Source: an uncultured delta proteobacterium | Lineage (GTDB): Bacteria > Myxococcota > Kuafuiibacteriia > Kuafuiibacteriales > Kuafuiibacteriaceae | DNA length: 64,000 bases | Assembly: GCA_963803435.1 (NCBI GenBank) | Contig: CAWDML010000009.1 | Span: 928,001-992,000, forward strand | Direction of reading: 5' to 3' | Part shown: piece by piece, positions 25,397 to 35,656 of the stretch | Numbering within the stretch: position 1 is the first letter of the stretch | Layout: each line of letters starts with the position of its first letter | Made by a program: the position numbers and the translations under genes | The notes under the pieces: model-generated | Databases searched by the model: none | What the model was told of the DNA's origin: nothing | What the model saw: the letters and a program-made list of their open reading frames with translations, nothing else

Positions 25397-26785
25397 ATGG
25401 TCTCCCGTCGTCTCGCCGCCCTGTTCCTCGTGATCCTCACCGCCGGCGCCTGCGCCGAGGCGGGCGACGACGGGGGCGTGGACGCGGCCGCCACACCGGA
25501 CGCGGGTTCGACCGACGTCGGCGTCGAGGGTCCCTGCCAGATCGAGGCGCCAGCGGAGCTCGCCCTCGCCGTCGGCGCGCTCGAGACCGTCACGCTCTCG
25601 GGCGAAGGGTGGAGCGAGGTCGGCGTCCGCGCGCCTGCCGGCTGGCGGTTCTCGCTCGACAATCACACCCTCGCGCTCCGCGCGCCCTACGTCACCGGCT
25701 CGGCCGCGACCCCGCTGACGATCACCGCGACGTGCGGTGTCGACCGGACCGCCGAGGCGGTCATCTCCCTCTCGGCGGCGCCCCTCGAGTTCACCCAAAT
25801 CAGGCCCTGGACGCCGGACGTCGACGGCCCACTCGGGCGCGAGTACTTCTCGATGTGGATCGATCCGGTGGATGCCGACCGGCTCTGGGTCTTCGGCGGC
25901 TTTCACTACGTGCCGGCCCAGTTCACCCCCTCCCACGACGTCTGGTCGCTCGACCTCGAAGGCGAGACCTGGACGCGCCACGATGACGGTCCGCTGACGG
26001 GCCTCCCGGGCGGCACCGTCGCCCGCACACCCGACGGTCGCATGCTCCGCTACGGCGGGCTCAACAGCGGCGAGCTGGCCGGGACTCGCGACACACCGTT
26101 CGAGCTCCTCTCGATCGACACCAGCACCTCGGGCCTCGTCTTCGCCGACGCGCCGGTGGAGCCGGTGCAGGCAATCGGCGACTACCAGCCGGCGTTCTTC
26201 TTCCACCCGCGCACCGGCAAGTTCTACGCGACCTGCGGGATCAACGACGGCGAGGGCGCGCACAGCCGCGTCCGGAGCTACGATCCGGCGACCCATCGCT
26301 GGGAGGAGGAGGTCGTCGAGGGCGACGTCCCGCCCGGACGCACGGGACAGTTCTGGGCCTACGACGAGCCGACCGATCGACTGATCGTGTTCTCTGGCGA
26401 AGGCAACCCGCAGACCGCGGCCTGTAGCAATTGCCTCGACGATACCTGGGCGCTCGAGCTCTCCGCGGTGCCGCTCCGCTGGACGCGGCTCGCCGAGTCG
26501 GCCGGTGAGATCGGCCGGAGGAACGGCGCCTACGTGCTCGATCCGATCGCGCACCGGCTCCTGGTCTGGGGCGGTACCAACAACGGTCGCACCACGGCGC
26601 CGGGGCTGTGGGCGCTCGATCTGACGCCGGGCGAGGAGGCGTGGTACCGCGTGCCGACGCTGGGCGGAGCGCCGGTGCGGACCTCGGGGGGCGCGGTGTT
26701 CGATGCGCCCAGGCGGCGGGCGCTGTTCGGCTTCGGCAACGGAGACTCGGGCGTCAACACCGACCTGTGGGCGCTGGGCCTGTAG
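25397..26785 (+). CDS. Kelch-repeat beta-propeller lipoprotein
   Basis: Lipobox LTAGA-C; repeats LWVFGG, LIVFSG, LLVWGG, DTWAL, DLWAL. Confidence 0.8.
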   Translation: MVSRRLAALFLVILTAGACAEAGDDGGVDAAATPDAGSTDVGVEGPCQIEAPAELALAVGALETVTLSGEGWSEVGVRAPAGWRFSLDNHTLALRAPYVTGSAATPLTITATCGVDRTAEAVISLSAAPLEFTQIRPWTPDVDGPLGREYFSMWIDPVDADRLWVFGGFHYVPAQFTPSHDVWSLDLEGETWTRHDDGPLTGLPGGTVARTPDGRMLRYGGLNSGELAGTRDTPFELLSIDTSTSGLVFADAPVEPVQAIGDYQPAFFFHPRTGKFYATCGINDGEGAHSRVRSYDPATHRWEEEVVEGDVPPGRTGQFWAYDEPTDRLIVFSGEGNPQTAACSNCLDDTWALELSAVPLRWTRLAESAGEIGRRNGAYVLDPIAHRLLVWGGTNNGRTTAPGLWALDLTPGEEAWYRVPTLGGAPVRTSGGAVFDAPRRRALFGFGNGDSGVNTDLWALGL

Positions 26786-26797
26786 CGTTCGGATCGA

Positions 26798-29321
26798 TCA
26801 GATGAGCAGGACGCGCTGGTCCGGGCTCAAGAGGTATGCGCTGCCGCGCGTGACGAGCAGGTCGCGAAGGCCGAGGTTGCGCAAGGTGGCGATGGCGACA
26901 CGTACCCGGTTCTTGGCGGCGGACTCGATGATCTTCTCGTCGGGCCACGCCGCGCCGCACAGCTCGCCGGGCGAGAGGGCGCGACCGGGCTCCTCGATGC
27001 GCGCCAGCACCAGCGCCGCCACCATCCGCTTGAGCGGCTCGCGCTTCTCCAGATCGACCCGCTCCGCGCCGGGGAGCTCGAAGAAGGCGCCCGAGCGCTC
27101 GAGCACGATCGTGTGGGGAGGCGGGCCGAAGCGCGCCAGCGCCCGCTCGACGAGCTGGGCGGCCAGCCGGGTGTAGTCGTCGCTCTCGGCGGTGGCGGCG
27201 GCGCTCGCCAGCGCGGCCTGCGCCGCCTCTTTGGCCGCGGGCCCTTCCTCCAGCTCGATCACGGCCGCGTGGAGCTGGAGGACCGAAGCGCGCGGCCCCT
27301 CGGGCGGCATCCGGGCGCGTGCGTCGTCGAGCAGGCCGCGCGCGCGTTCGAGGTGGCTGCTCTTGGCGGCGACCACCGCCAGCGCGCTGGTCGCGATCGC
27401 CTCGATGTCCGGGCTCTCGACGGTCTCGAGCGCGCCGAGCGCGGCGGTGAGCTGGGCCTCGGCGGCGAGCCACTCGCCCTGGTCGAGCAACAGGAGCCCT
27501 CGATCCATGCGGACCACCGCTTCGAACTGACAATCGCCGATGAGCCGCAGATCCTCGAGCGCGCGCTGGTAGTACGACTGGGCCAGCGACAGACGGCCGC
27601 GTCGTCGCTCGAGGTTGCCGAGATAGCCGAGCACGATGCCGCGCACGTCGCGGTGTCCGAGCGCCTCCTGGATCGCGAGCGCCTCCTGGTACGCGGTCTC
27701 GGCGTCCTCCAGCGCGCCGAGGTCCTGGCGCAGGAAGCCGATGCAGGCGAGGACGCGTCCGGCGCCGTCGCGATCGTGCGCGGCCTCTGCGATCGCGAGC
27801 GCCTCGTCGTACCTTCGTCCCGCCTCTTCGCGCTCGCCCGCCATGTGGAGCGCGACCCCGACCTCGGTGTGGAGCAGGCAACGCACGCGCGGTGAGAGCG
27901 CCGGGCGGGCGCAGCGGAGGGTCGAGCGACCCCGACGGACCGCCCGTGCGATGTCGCCGTGCATATAGGCGAAGGTCACGGCGAAGGTCGCCACCTCGAA
28001 GCGTAGGTTGGGATCGACCGCGCGCCGGGCCAGCTTCCGGGCGGCGACGAGAATCGCGCCGGGCTCCGCGCGCATCGCCGCTGCAATCGCGGGCGCGCGC
28101 ACCGGCCAGGCGGAGGCGCGCTTCCCGCTCGGGGGCGAGCGGATCCGGCGCCCCGCCGATCCGGTCGAGGAGCGAGAGCAGCGCCGGGGCCGGTTCGGAG
28201 GCCGTCAGGAGCGCCTCCATCGCCAGGACGGCGCGAGCGCGCTCGTCGGCCCCGAGGCGCTCCGAGGAGACGACCGCCAGCAGGTTGTCGCGCTCCACGG
28301 CCACGCGCTCGGGCGCCGACTCCGCCAGGTCGAGATAGTGCGCGGCGTGCCGGCGGGCCGCCAGCGCGCTGGCGCCGAGCTCCTCGAGCCGTTCACAGGC
28401 GTACGAACGGATCGTCTCGTACATGTCGAAGCGAACGTCGCCGCCGGTGAGCCGCCGGATCAGCCACGACTTCTGGTGGAGGTCGTCGACCGCCGAGACG
28501 ACCGCGTGACCGGCCATCCGGTCGGCCAGCACGGCTTCGGCCGCCCCGATCTCGAAGCCGCCTTCGAAGACGGAGAGGAACGCGAGCACCTGCTGCGCCG
28601 AGGTGCTCAGGAGCTCGTGGGAAGCGTCGAGCGCCGCGCGCAGCGTGCGGTGGCGCCGATCGAGGTCCCGCCGCCCGGAGACCAAGAGGTCGAGCCGCCG
28701 GTGGAGCTTCGACGAGAACACCGCGGCCGACATGACGCCGAGGCGGGAACCGGCCAACTCCAGCGCCAGCGGGATCCCTTCGAGGTCGCGGGCAATCTGA
28801 TGGAGCAGGCGGCGCTCGTCGTCGTCCGGCGCCGCGCCGCCGCGGGCCCCCACGGTTCGATCGAGGAGCATCTCGGCGCCCGGCTCGTCCGGGAGAGGCC
28901 CGAGCTCCAGCACCACCTCCCCGGCGGTGCCCAGCGCCTCTCGGCTGGTCACGAGCAGGGGGACCGCGGCCGCCAGCGGACCGGCGAGCTCCGCCACCTC
29001 GTCGAGCACGACCTCGGCGTTGTCGAGGATCAGGAGCGGCGCGCCGGCGAGCCCTTCGATCACCCGGCGCAGCGTGCGCGTCCTCGAGGTCCCCGGTCGC
29101 AGATCGAGCACGCGGGCGATCGCGGAGAGGACCGACGAGGTCCCGCGCACCCGCGAGAGCGGGACCAACGTCGGCGGCGGCGTGGCCTGCCGGAGATGCT
29201 CCTCGGCGAGGCGCGTCTTCCCCATCCCGCCCGGGCCGACGATGGTGACCAGGCGGGCCCCGGCCGCGAAGGCATCGACGAGACGCCCGAGCTCCCAATC
29301 GCGTCCGAAGAAGCGGCGCAC
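26798..29321 (-). CDS. STAND-like ATPase-TPR regulator with C-terminal winged helix (frameshift near 28070)
   Basis: FFGRDWEL, GPGGMGKTRL, LILDNAE, LVTSRE, LEGIPLALELA; TPRs; C-terminal AAWPDE...VAIATLR. Confidence 0.85.
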
Positions 29322-29411
29322 TCCGGGAATCCTCGTGCGGGCCGCGCTCGGCTGCAATCCGGTCCCCCGCCGAGTACAGTGGCCCGCGCGCCATGCGCTC
29401 GAGATCCCCTG

Positions 29412-31922
29412 GTGTTCGTCGGACGCAGCCTGGAGCAGGCCCACATCGCGGAGAAGCTGGCGCGGGGGGCGCGGCTGATCACGATCCTGGGCCCGGGCGG
29501 TATCGGTAAGACCCGGCTGGCGCTGGAGGCGGCGCGGGGTACGGGCGCCCGCTTCTGCGACCTCTCGTCCGCGTCGAGCCCCTTCGACCTGCTGCTGGTG
29601 GTGGCCGCGATGCTCGAGACCGACCTGGGATCGATCGAGGACGAGCAGGCCGCCACCGCGATGCTCAGCGGAGTGCTCGAGCGACGCGGCGAGCTCGTCA
29701 TCCTCGACAACTTCGAGCAGCTCCTCCCCGAGGGGGCTCGGGTGATCGAGTCGTGGCTGTCGTCGACCTCATCGCCCCGCTTCCTGATCACATCACGTGC
29801 GCCGCTTCGCACGTCGGTCGAGGAGCGGCTCGAGCTCCCGCCGCTGACCGAGGAGGAGGGCGCGACGCTGTTCCGGTCGCGCTGCGGGGCGCTCGGTCTC
29901 CCGCCGGCTGCCGTCGGCCCCGAGCAGGACGCGATCGCCGAGATCGTACGCCGGCTCGACGGCATCCCCCTCGCGATCGAGCTGGCCGCGGCGCGCGCTC
30001 CCTTGCTCGGGCCGCGTCGAATCCTGGCGCGGCTGGACCAGCTGGGCCCGGCGTCGCGCGACCGGCCCGAGCGGCAGGCGACCCTGGAGAAGACCATCGC
30101 GTGGTCGTGGGGCATGCTCGACGACGCGGAGCGACAGGCGCTGGCCGAGACCGCGGTCTTCGTCGGGACGTTCAGCGTCGAGGCCTGCGAGGCGGTGCTC
30201 GGGCCCACGCTGGCGGGGCGGCCCACGCTCGAGCTGCTCCACGGGCTCCGCGAGAAGTCGCTGCTTCGGATCGTCGGGGGCGCGTCGCCTGGCGTTCGCC
30301 GGCTCCGTCACTTCGAGATCGTCCGCATCTTCGCGTCGGCCCGGCTCGACGAGCTCGGCACGGCGGAGCTCGTCGCCCGCCGACATGCCGTCCACTACCT
30401 CGCGGTCGTCGAGCGCCTCGCCGAAGAGCTGAATGGACCCGAGGGGGCGCTCGCCCAGGCCGACTTCGCGGCGGAGCTCGACAACGTCTGGGCGGCCGAG
30501 CGCCGCGTCTTCGACTCTGAGCCGGCGATCGCGGCCCGGATCCTGCTCGCTGCGCAGGCGGTCCTGATCCTTCGTGGACCGTTCGCGGGCGGCCTCGAGA
30601 TGGCGACGCGCGCGCTCGACGCGGCCGTCCGCTCCGGCGATCCGCTGCTCATGGTCGCCGCGCATGTGGCCCGGGCCGAGGTGCTGGTGTTCCAGCGAAG
30701 GCACGCCGAGGCTGACGGCGACCTGAAGGCGGCGCTGGCCGGCGCGACCGCAGCCGGGGCCGATCGACTGCGGGGCCAGGCGATCCGGTGGATCGGGATC
30801 GTCGCGCGCGAGGATGGGCGGGTCGAAGAGGCGGAGCGCGCGCTCGAGGAGGCCCTCTCGATCAGTCGCACCATCGGCGATCGGCTGCTCGAGGCGCGCG
30901 CGCTCAGCAATCTGGGGACGCTGCGCCGGTTCCAGCTGCGCGACGAAGAGGCCGTCGAGCTGTATGACCGGGCGCTGGCTGGGCACCAGGCGCTCCGCAA
31001 CGCCCAGGGCGAGATCGTCGTGCTCGGCAACATCGGCCACCTGCACGCCGCGAGCGGTCGGCTGCGCGCAGCGGTGGCCGCGTACCGGGAGGCGCTCGAG
31101 CACCAGCCCGACCGCGTCGATCGACGCTCGGAGGCGATCATCATGGCGCACCTGGGCGGGGTGGAGGCGCGGCTGGGCCAGCTCGATCCGGCGGGCGAAC
31201 ACGAGGAGCGGGCGCTCAGGACCTTCGAGGAGCTCGGCGACGGGCCGATGGAGGCGCTGGTCTCGGCCCAGCTGGGCACGATCGCGGCTGCGCGCCACGA
31301 CCTCGAGGCGGCGAGCCGGTGGTTCACGCGATCGCGCCGGATCTCGATGGCGTTCTCGTCATCCGGGTGGCGGGTCGCCTGCGAGGTCCTCGAGGGCCTG
31401 CTCGACGTCGCTCGGGCCGACACCGCGATGAGGCAAGGCGATAAGGAGGAGGCGGCGGCGCACCTCGATCGTGCGCGGAAGGCGCTGGCCTCTGCGCGCG
31501 ACGGCATGGAGATCGGCACGGTTCACTCCGAGCACGTGCGCCAGGCGGTCGAGCGTCTCCAGGCGGCGCTCGAGCACGGGGTCCCCGAGGCGAGCCCGTC
31601 GAAGCCGGCCCTGACGATCGCGGCGGATGGGAGCTGGTTCTCGGTCGAATCGGAGGCGCCCGTCGATCTCTCGCGCCGGGGCCCGCTGGCCCGGCTGCTC
31701 CGGCGACTCCTCGAGCGTCGCCTGGCGGCGCCGGACGAGGTGGTCACTTTGGACGAGCTGCTGGAAGCGGGGTGGACGGGGGAGCGTGTCCTCCCCGAGG
31801 CCGGCCGGGCGCGCGTCTATTCGGCGATCCGCGCACTCCGGCGTTTCGGTCTCGAGCAGGTGCTCATCACGCGCGACGGCGGATATCTGCTCCATCCGGC
31901 CGCGCTCGTGACGCGCGCCTGA
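29412..31922 (+). CDS. STAND-like ATPase-TPR regulator with C-terminal winged helix (paralog of the divergent gene)
   Basis: FVGRSLE, GPGGIGKTRL, ILDNFEQ, LDGIPLAIELAA; TPRs; AGWTGE...VYSAIRALRR. Confidence 0.85.
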   Translation: MFVGRSLEQAHIAEKLARGARLITILGPGGIGKTRLALEAARGTGARFCDLSSASSPFDLLLVVAAMLETDLGSIEDEQAATAMLSGVLERRGELVILDNFEQLLPEGARVIESWLSSTSSPRFLITSRAPLRTSVEERLELPPLTEEEGATLFRSRCGALGLPPAAVGPEQDAIAEIVRRLDGIPLAIELAAARAPLLGPRRILARLDQLGPASRDRPERQATLEKTIAWSWGMLDDAERQALAETAVFVGTFSVEACEAVLGPTLAGRPTLELLHGLREKSLLRIVGGASPGVRRLRHFEIVRIFASARLDELGTAELVARRHAVHYLAVVERLAEELNGPEGALAQADFAAELDNVWAAERRVFDSEPAIAARILLAAQAVLILRGPFAGGLEMATRALDAAVRSGDPLLMVAAHVARAEVLVFQRRHAEADGDLKAALAGATAAGADRLRGQAIRWIGIVAREDGRVEEAERALEEALSISRTIGDRLLEARALSNLGTLRRFQLRDEEAVELYDRALAGHQALRNAQGEIVVLGNIGHLHAASGRLRAAVAAYREALEHQPDRVDRRSEAIIMAHLGGVEARLGQLDPAGEHEERALRTFEELGDGPMEALVSAQLGTIAAARHDLEAASRWFTRSRRISMAFSSSGWRVACEVLEGLLDVARADTAMRQGDKEEAAAHLDRARKALASARDGMEIGTVHSEHVRQAVERLQAALEHGVPEASPSKPALTIAADGSWFSVESEAPVDLSRRGPLARLLRRLLERRLAAPDEVVTLDELLEAGWTGERVLPEAGRARVYSAIRALRRFGLEQVLITRDGGYLLHPAALVTRA

Positions 31923-31925
31923 GCG

Positions 31926-31969
31926 TTGAAGGCGCCTGAAACCGTCTGCACGCGTTGAAATGATCTGAA
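31926..31969 (+). promoter_or_regulatory. Helically phased YTG(A/C)A direct repeats, putative regulator binding array
   Basis: TTGAA 31926, CTGAA 31936, CTGCA 31946, TTGAA 31955, CTGAA 31965. Confidence 0.45.
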
Positions 31970-32020
31970 GGCTGGCGGCCCGCGGTCCCCAGGCCCGGTC
32001 CGCTCGCGTATCGGGGTCGC

Positions 32021-34709
32021 ATGCGCGAGGCCCGCCAGCGGAGCGCCCCGTGGCGCCGACTGCGACCGCTCTCCCAGGAGCTGGTCCAGACCGATGCCGT
32101 CGTCCGCGCCCGCCTGATCGAGGCGATGCAGCTCCCCTCCGAGCTGATCAAGCCGCGCATCCGCTTGTTGCCCCCCCGACTGGAGCCGCGCGACGGATCC
32201 GAGCCCGAGTGGTGGGTCCGGCTGAGCACGCTGTTTCGCGCGCGCGCACGGCGCTCCGAATCGATCCTCGAGGGCACCGAGCACGCGGAGGCGCTGGGCT
32301 TCCTCGAGCCGCTCCTGCAACCGTCGCTGCGCGAGCTGCGGCGCAACCTCATGCCGCACGCAGCGCTTCTGGAGGATCCGAAGGCGCTGGCGACGCGGTG
32401 CCTGGTCGACACGATGCCCGCGCTCGCCGAGCTGTTGGGCGAGATGCGCCCCCCGCCGGTGGCGGACGAGGCGTTCTTCGAGGCCTACCCGGTGCTCGGA
32501 CGCCAGCTGATCGATCGGCTCGAATCAGGCGGTCGAGACGGCCTCGGAGGCGGTCCGGAAGAGCGCGGGCGCCCGGGCGCGGCTCGGGGAGGTCTTCGGG
32601 CTCGCCCGCGACGCTCGGATCGCCGCCATCGAGCTGGGCCACGGCGCGCGTCACGACGGGGGTCGCACCGTGGCGCGCCTGGCGTTCACCGACGGCGTCG
32701 AGCTCGCGTTCAAGCCCAGGCCGATCGCCGTCGAGGCCGCCTTCCAGGAGGCGGTCGGGTGGCTCGAGTCCCGCACCGGGATCTCGTTCCGGTCGGTGCG
32801 GATCCTCGAGGGCGCGGGCCACGGCTGGATGGAGTGGGTCCGACCCGATCCTCCGGTGGAGGACCGCGCGGTTCGGGGCTTCTTCCGGCGACAGGGCGCG
32901 CTGCTGGCACTCTCGTACGCGCTCGAGATCGCGCACCTCGACGAGGAGCCCGTGATCGCGGCGGGGGAGCACCCGGTCCACGTCGACGTCGAGGCCGTGC
33001 GAAACGGATCGCTCGGCGAGCCGGACGATCCCACGCGCGCGCTCCTCGACGACTCCGTGCTCTCGGTCGGGATCCTCGGCCAGCGACCGCCGGCGGATCC
33101 GCATCGGGAGCACCTGGTCGCCGGCTTTCAGGAGGGATACCGGACCATCGCCGTCGATCCCGAGCGCTTCATCCGGGAGGTGCTCGATCGGGTCCTCGTC
33201 CTCGCGCGGCGGCGCATCGTACGCCCCACGGCCGAGTACCTCGCCGAGCTGGCGGCGTCCCAGCAGCCCGAGCTGCTGCGCGACACGGTGTCGCGCGAGA
33301 TCCACTTCAACCGGCTCTGGCGGAGCACGTCGGACCACCCCGCGCTCGCCCAGCGCGTCCCGGCGGAGATCGCGGCGCTCGTCGCGGGCGACGTCCCGCG
33401 GTTCGGCGCCGAGGCCCCCGCGACCTCCGATGCGCAACGCGCGCGCGACCGCATCCGCGCGTTCGGCGGCGTCCACGTCCGTCGCCAGTGCTGGATGATC
33501 GAGAGCGCGCTCTCGATCTCGGCCGATCCTCCCCGACGACCGCGCCGCGCCGCCGACGCCGTCGGAGCCGATCCGCTCGAGGAGAGCAGGGCGATCGCCG
33601 AGCGGCTCCTCGACGATGCCGCGCCCAGCGAGCACGGCCCGTCCTGGCCGGTGGCGAGGGTCGGGGCCGACGGACGGGTGAGCGCGATCGAGCCGATGCG
33701 TCCGGACGTGTACGACGGCTGGGCCGGCGTCGCGCTCCTGATGGCGCAGCTGGCCCGCGTCACCGGCGCACCCCGCTTCGCCGGTGCCGCCGGCGCGCTG
33801 ATCCGGCGCGCCGAGTCGGTCGTCGCCGAGGGGAGCGCCGCGGGCGGCGGCTACTTCGGTGACGCGAGCCTCTGTTTCTTGCTGGCCGCGTTCGACGCGC
33901 TCGAGGGCGCCGCCGATCGGCTCCGGCTGGTGAGGCGGGCCGCCGAGCGCGCCGCCGCGCCGGCGACCGCGGACGGTCTCGACCTCCTCACCGGCGCCGC
34001 AGGAACGCTGGTCGTGATGGCGCGACTATACGAGCTCTATCGGGAGCCCTCGCTGCTCGAGCTGGGCGACACGCTCGCGGGCTGGCTCTTCGCCGCCGCC
34101 AAGGAGACGACCGACGGCCTGCGCTGGTCGACGCACTCGAACGTCGAGTCCTGCTGCGGCTTTGCGCACGGCGCCGCCGGCATCGCCTGGGCCTTCCAGC
34201 GGTGGGCTCGTGCGTCCGGCGACCCGCGGCACCTCGAGACCGCAGAGCGCGGCTTTCGGTTCGTACGCTCGGTGGTGAGCGCTGAGAGAAGCGGGCAACC
34301 GAGCTGGTGTCACGGCGCACCCGGCGTCGCGATCGCCCTGATGTCGGACGGCCGGATCGACGATGACCGAGACGCCGCGATCGCGCGGCGCGCCGTCGAG
34401 TCGGTGCTCGCGCGGGAGCCGGGCGAAGACCACTCGTTGTGCCACGGCGATCTCGGCGACCTCGAGCTGGCGCGCCGTCTCGCGAGGGTGCTGGCCGATA
34501 CCCGCCTGGGCCGGAGTGTCGAGCAGGCGACCGCGCGGAGCGTCGCGCGCGGCATCCAGGATGGATGGCGATCGGGCCACCGCTCGGGGCTGACCTCCTT
34601 CGGCTTGATGACCGGCCTCGCCGGCGTGGCGTACGGCCTGCTTCAGCTCGCCGATCCGTCGGTGCCCTCGATGCTGACGCTCGAGTTGCCCGGCGCTAGG
34701 AGCGTGTAG
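32021..34709 (+). CDS. lanM: LanM-like class II lanthipeptide synthetase (degenerate DUF4135 plus LanC cyclase; frameshift near 32530)
   Basis: GGRTVARLAF..G..LAFKPR, GWMEWV; LanC motifs YDGWAG, DLLTGAAG, GFAHGAAG, WCHGAPG, LCHGDLG, GLMTGLAG. Confidence 0.8.
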
Positions 34710-34765
34710 CGCGTAAGCGCTCACGCGACCCCGGTCCGGGTCCCGGTCCCGGTCCGGGTCCCGAT
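34696..34765. repeat. Left terminal inverted repeat with GGTCCC/GGTCCG hexamer array
   Basis: CTAGGAGCGTGTAGCGCGTAAGCGC...CCGGTCCGGGTCCCGGTCCCGGTCCGGGTCCCGAT, near reverse complement of 35657-35725. Confidence 0.9.
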
Positions 34766-34785
34766 CTGAAGAAGGCTGCCTTGAG

Positions 34786-35163
34786 TCAGACGCTCGCGAC
34801 GGTCGCGAGCTTCGATCGGTAGAGCTTGAGCAGGTTGTGGGTGAGGCAGACGAGCGTCCACTCGGCTCGTACCTTGAAGAAGGAGCGTAGCGAGAACCGG
34901 CGGAATCCTCGTGCCCCTTTGATCTGTCCGAGCGCCGGTTCGACGATACTCTTCCTGCGGGCGTAGACCGCCTTGCCGTCGCGCGTTTGCAACTTGTCTC
35001 GCATTCGCTTGCGAGCGAGCGAGGTCTCGATCGCGCTCAGCTCTACCTCATCGACGACGTCCAAGACGAAGTACGCGAGATGATTTTCTGGGAGCCACTC
35101 GAGAGGGGACGGCGGGAGCAAGAACGATTGTCTCGGAGTCCAAGAACGGTATTGCTTCGCCAC
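34786..35163 (-). pseudogene. IS1182-family transposase with large in-frame internal deletion
   Basis: N-terminus QSFLLPPSPLEWLPENHLAYFV joined directly to C-terminus YARRKSIVEP..GQIK..RGFRRF...HNLLKL; only 125 aa. Confidence 0.85.
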
Positions 35164-35282
35164 GAAACCATGGGATCAAGTCCAGGCGTCGAAGTCGATC
35201 CGCCCAACGATCGATTCCAGACGAAACGACCTCCAAGAACTTCTGCTGGTCAAAGTGGACGAGCTACCGCAAGCTAGCTTGC

Positions 35283-35651
35283 ATGGTCACTTTCGATCAC
35301 GAGAAGCTCGAGGTCTACCAGCTCGCCGTCGAGTATGCCGACATCGCTGAAGAGATCGCACAAGAACTGCAACCCGGTCACGCTCACGTCCGCGATCAGC
35401 TTCGGCGGGCATCCGATTCCATCGTGAACAACACCGCCGAGGGCGCCGGAGAGTTCAATCCACCTGAGAAGGCTCGCTCCTACCGGATGGCACTTCGCTC
35501 TGGCGCCGAAAGCGCCGCCTCACTCCACACCTGCTCGAGGCGCCGACTCGCCAACGAGCAGAAGGTCCAAGCCGCCAGAGCCAAGCTCAAGCGCGTTGTC
35601 GAGATGCTCACGCGCCTCATCAAGTCGATGAACGCACGCCGGGCTGCATGA
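35283..35651 (+). CDS. Four-helix-bundle protein (23S rRNA IVP / TIGR02436 / Avd-like)
   Basis: FDHEKLEVYQLA...RDQLRRASDSIVNNTAEG...YRMALRSGAE...VEMLTRLIKS. Confidence 0.88.
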   Translation: MVTFDHEKLEVYQLAVEYADIAEEIAQELQPGHAHVRDQLRRASDSIVNNTAEGAGEFNPPEKARSYRMALRSGAESAASLHTCSRRRLANEQKVQAARAKLKRVVEMLTRLIKSMNARRAA

Positions 35652-35656
35652 TCGCC

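Noticed and set aside
34731-34765. CRISPR array
   Set aside because: Contiguous hexamers with no spacers, and no cas genes.
35283-35651. Diversity-generating retroelement suggested by the Avd-like gene
   Set aside because: No reverse transcriptase or TR/VR pair was seen, and the differences between copies are not adenine-specific.
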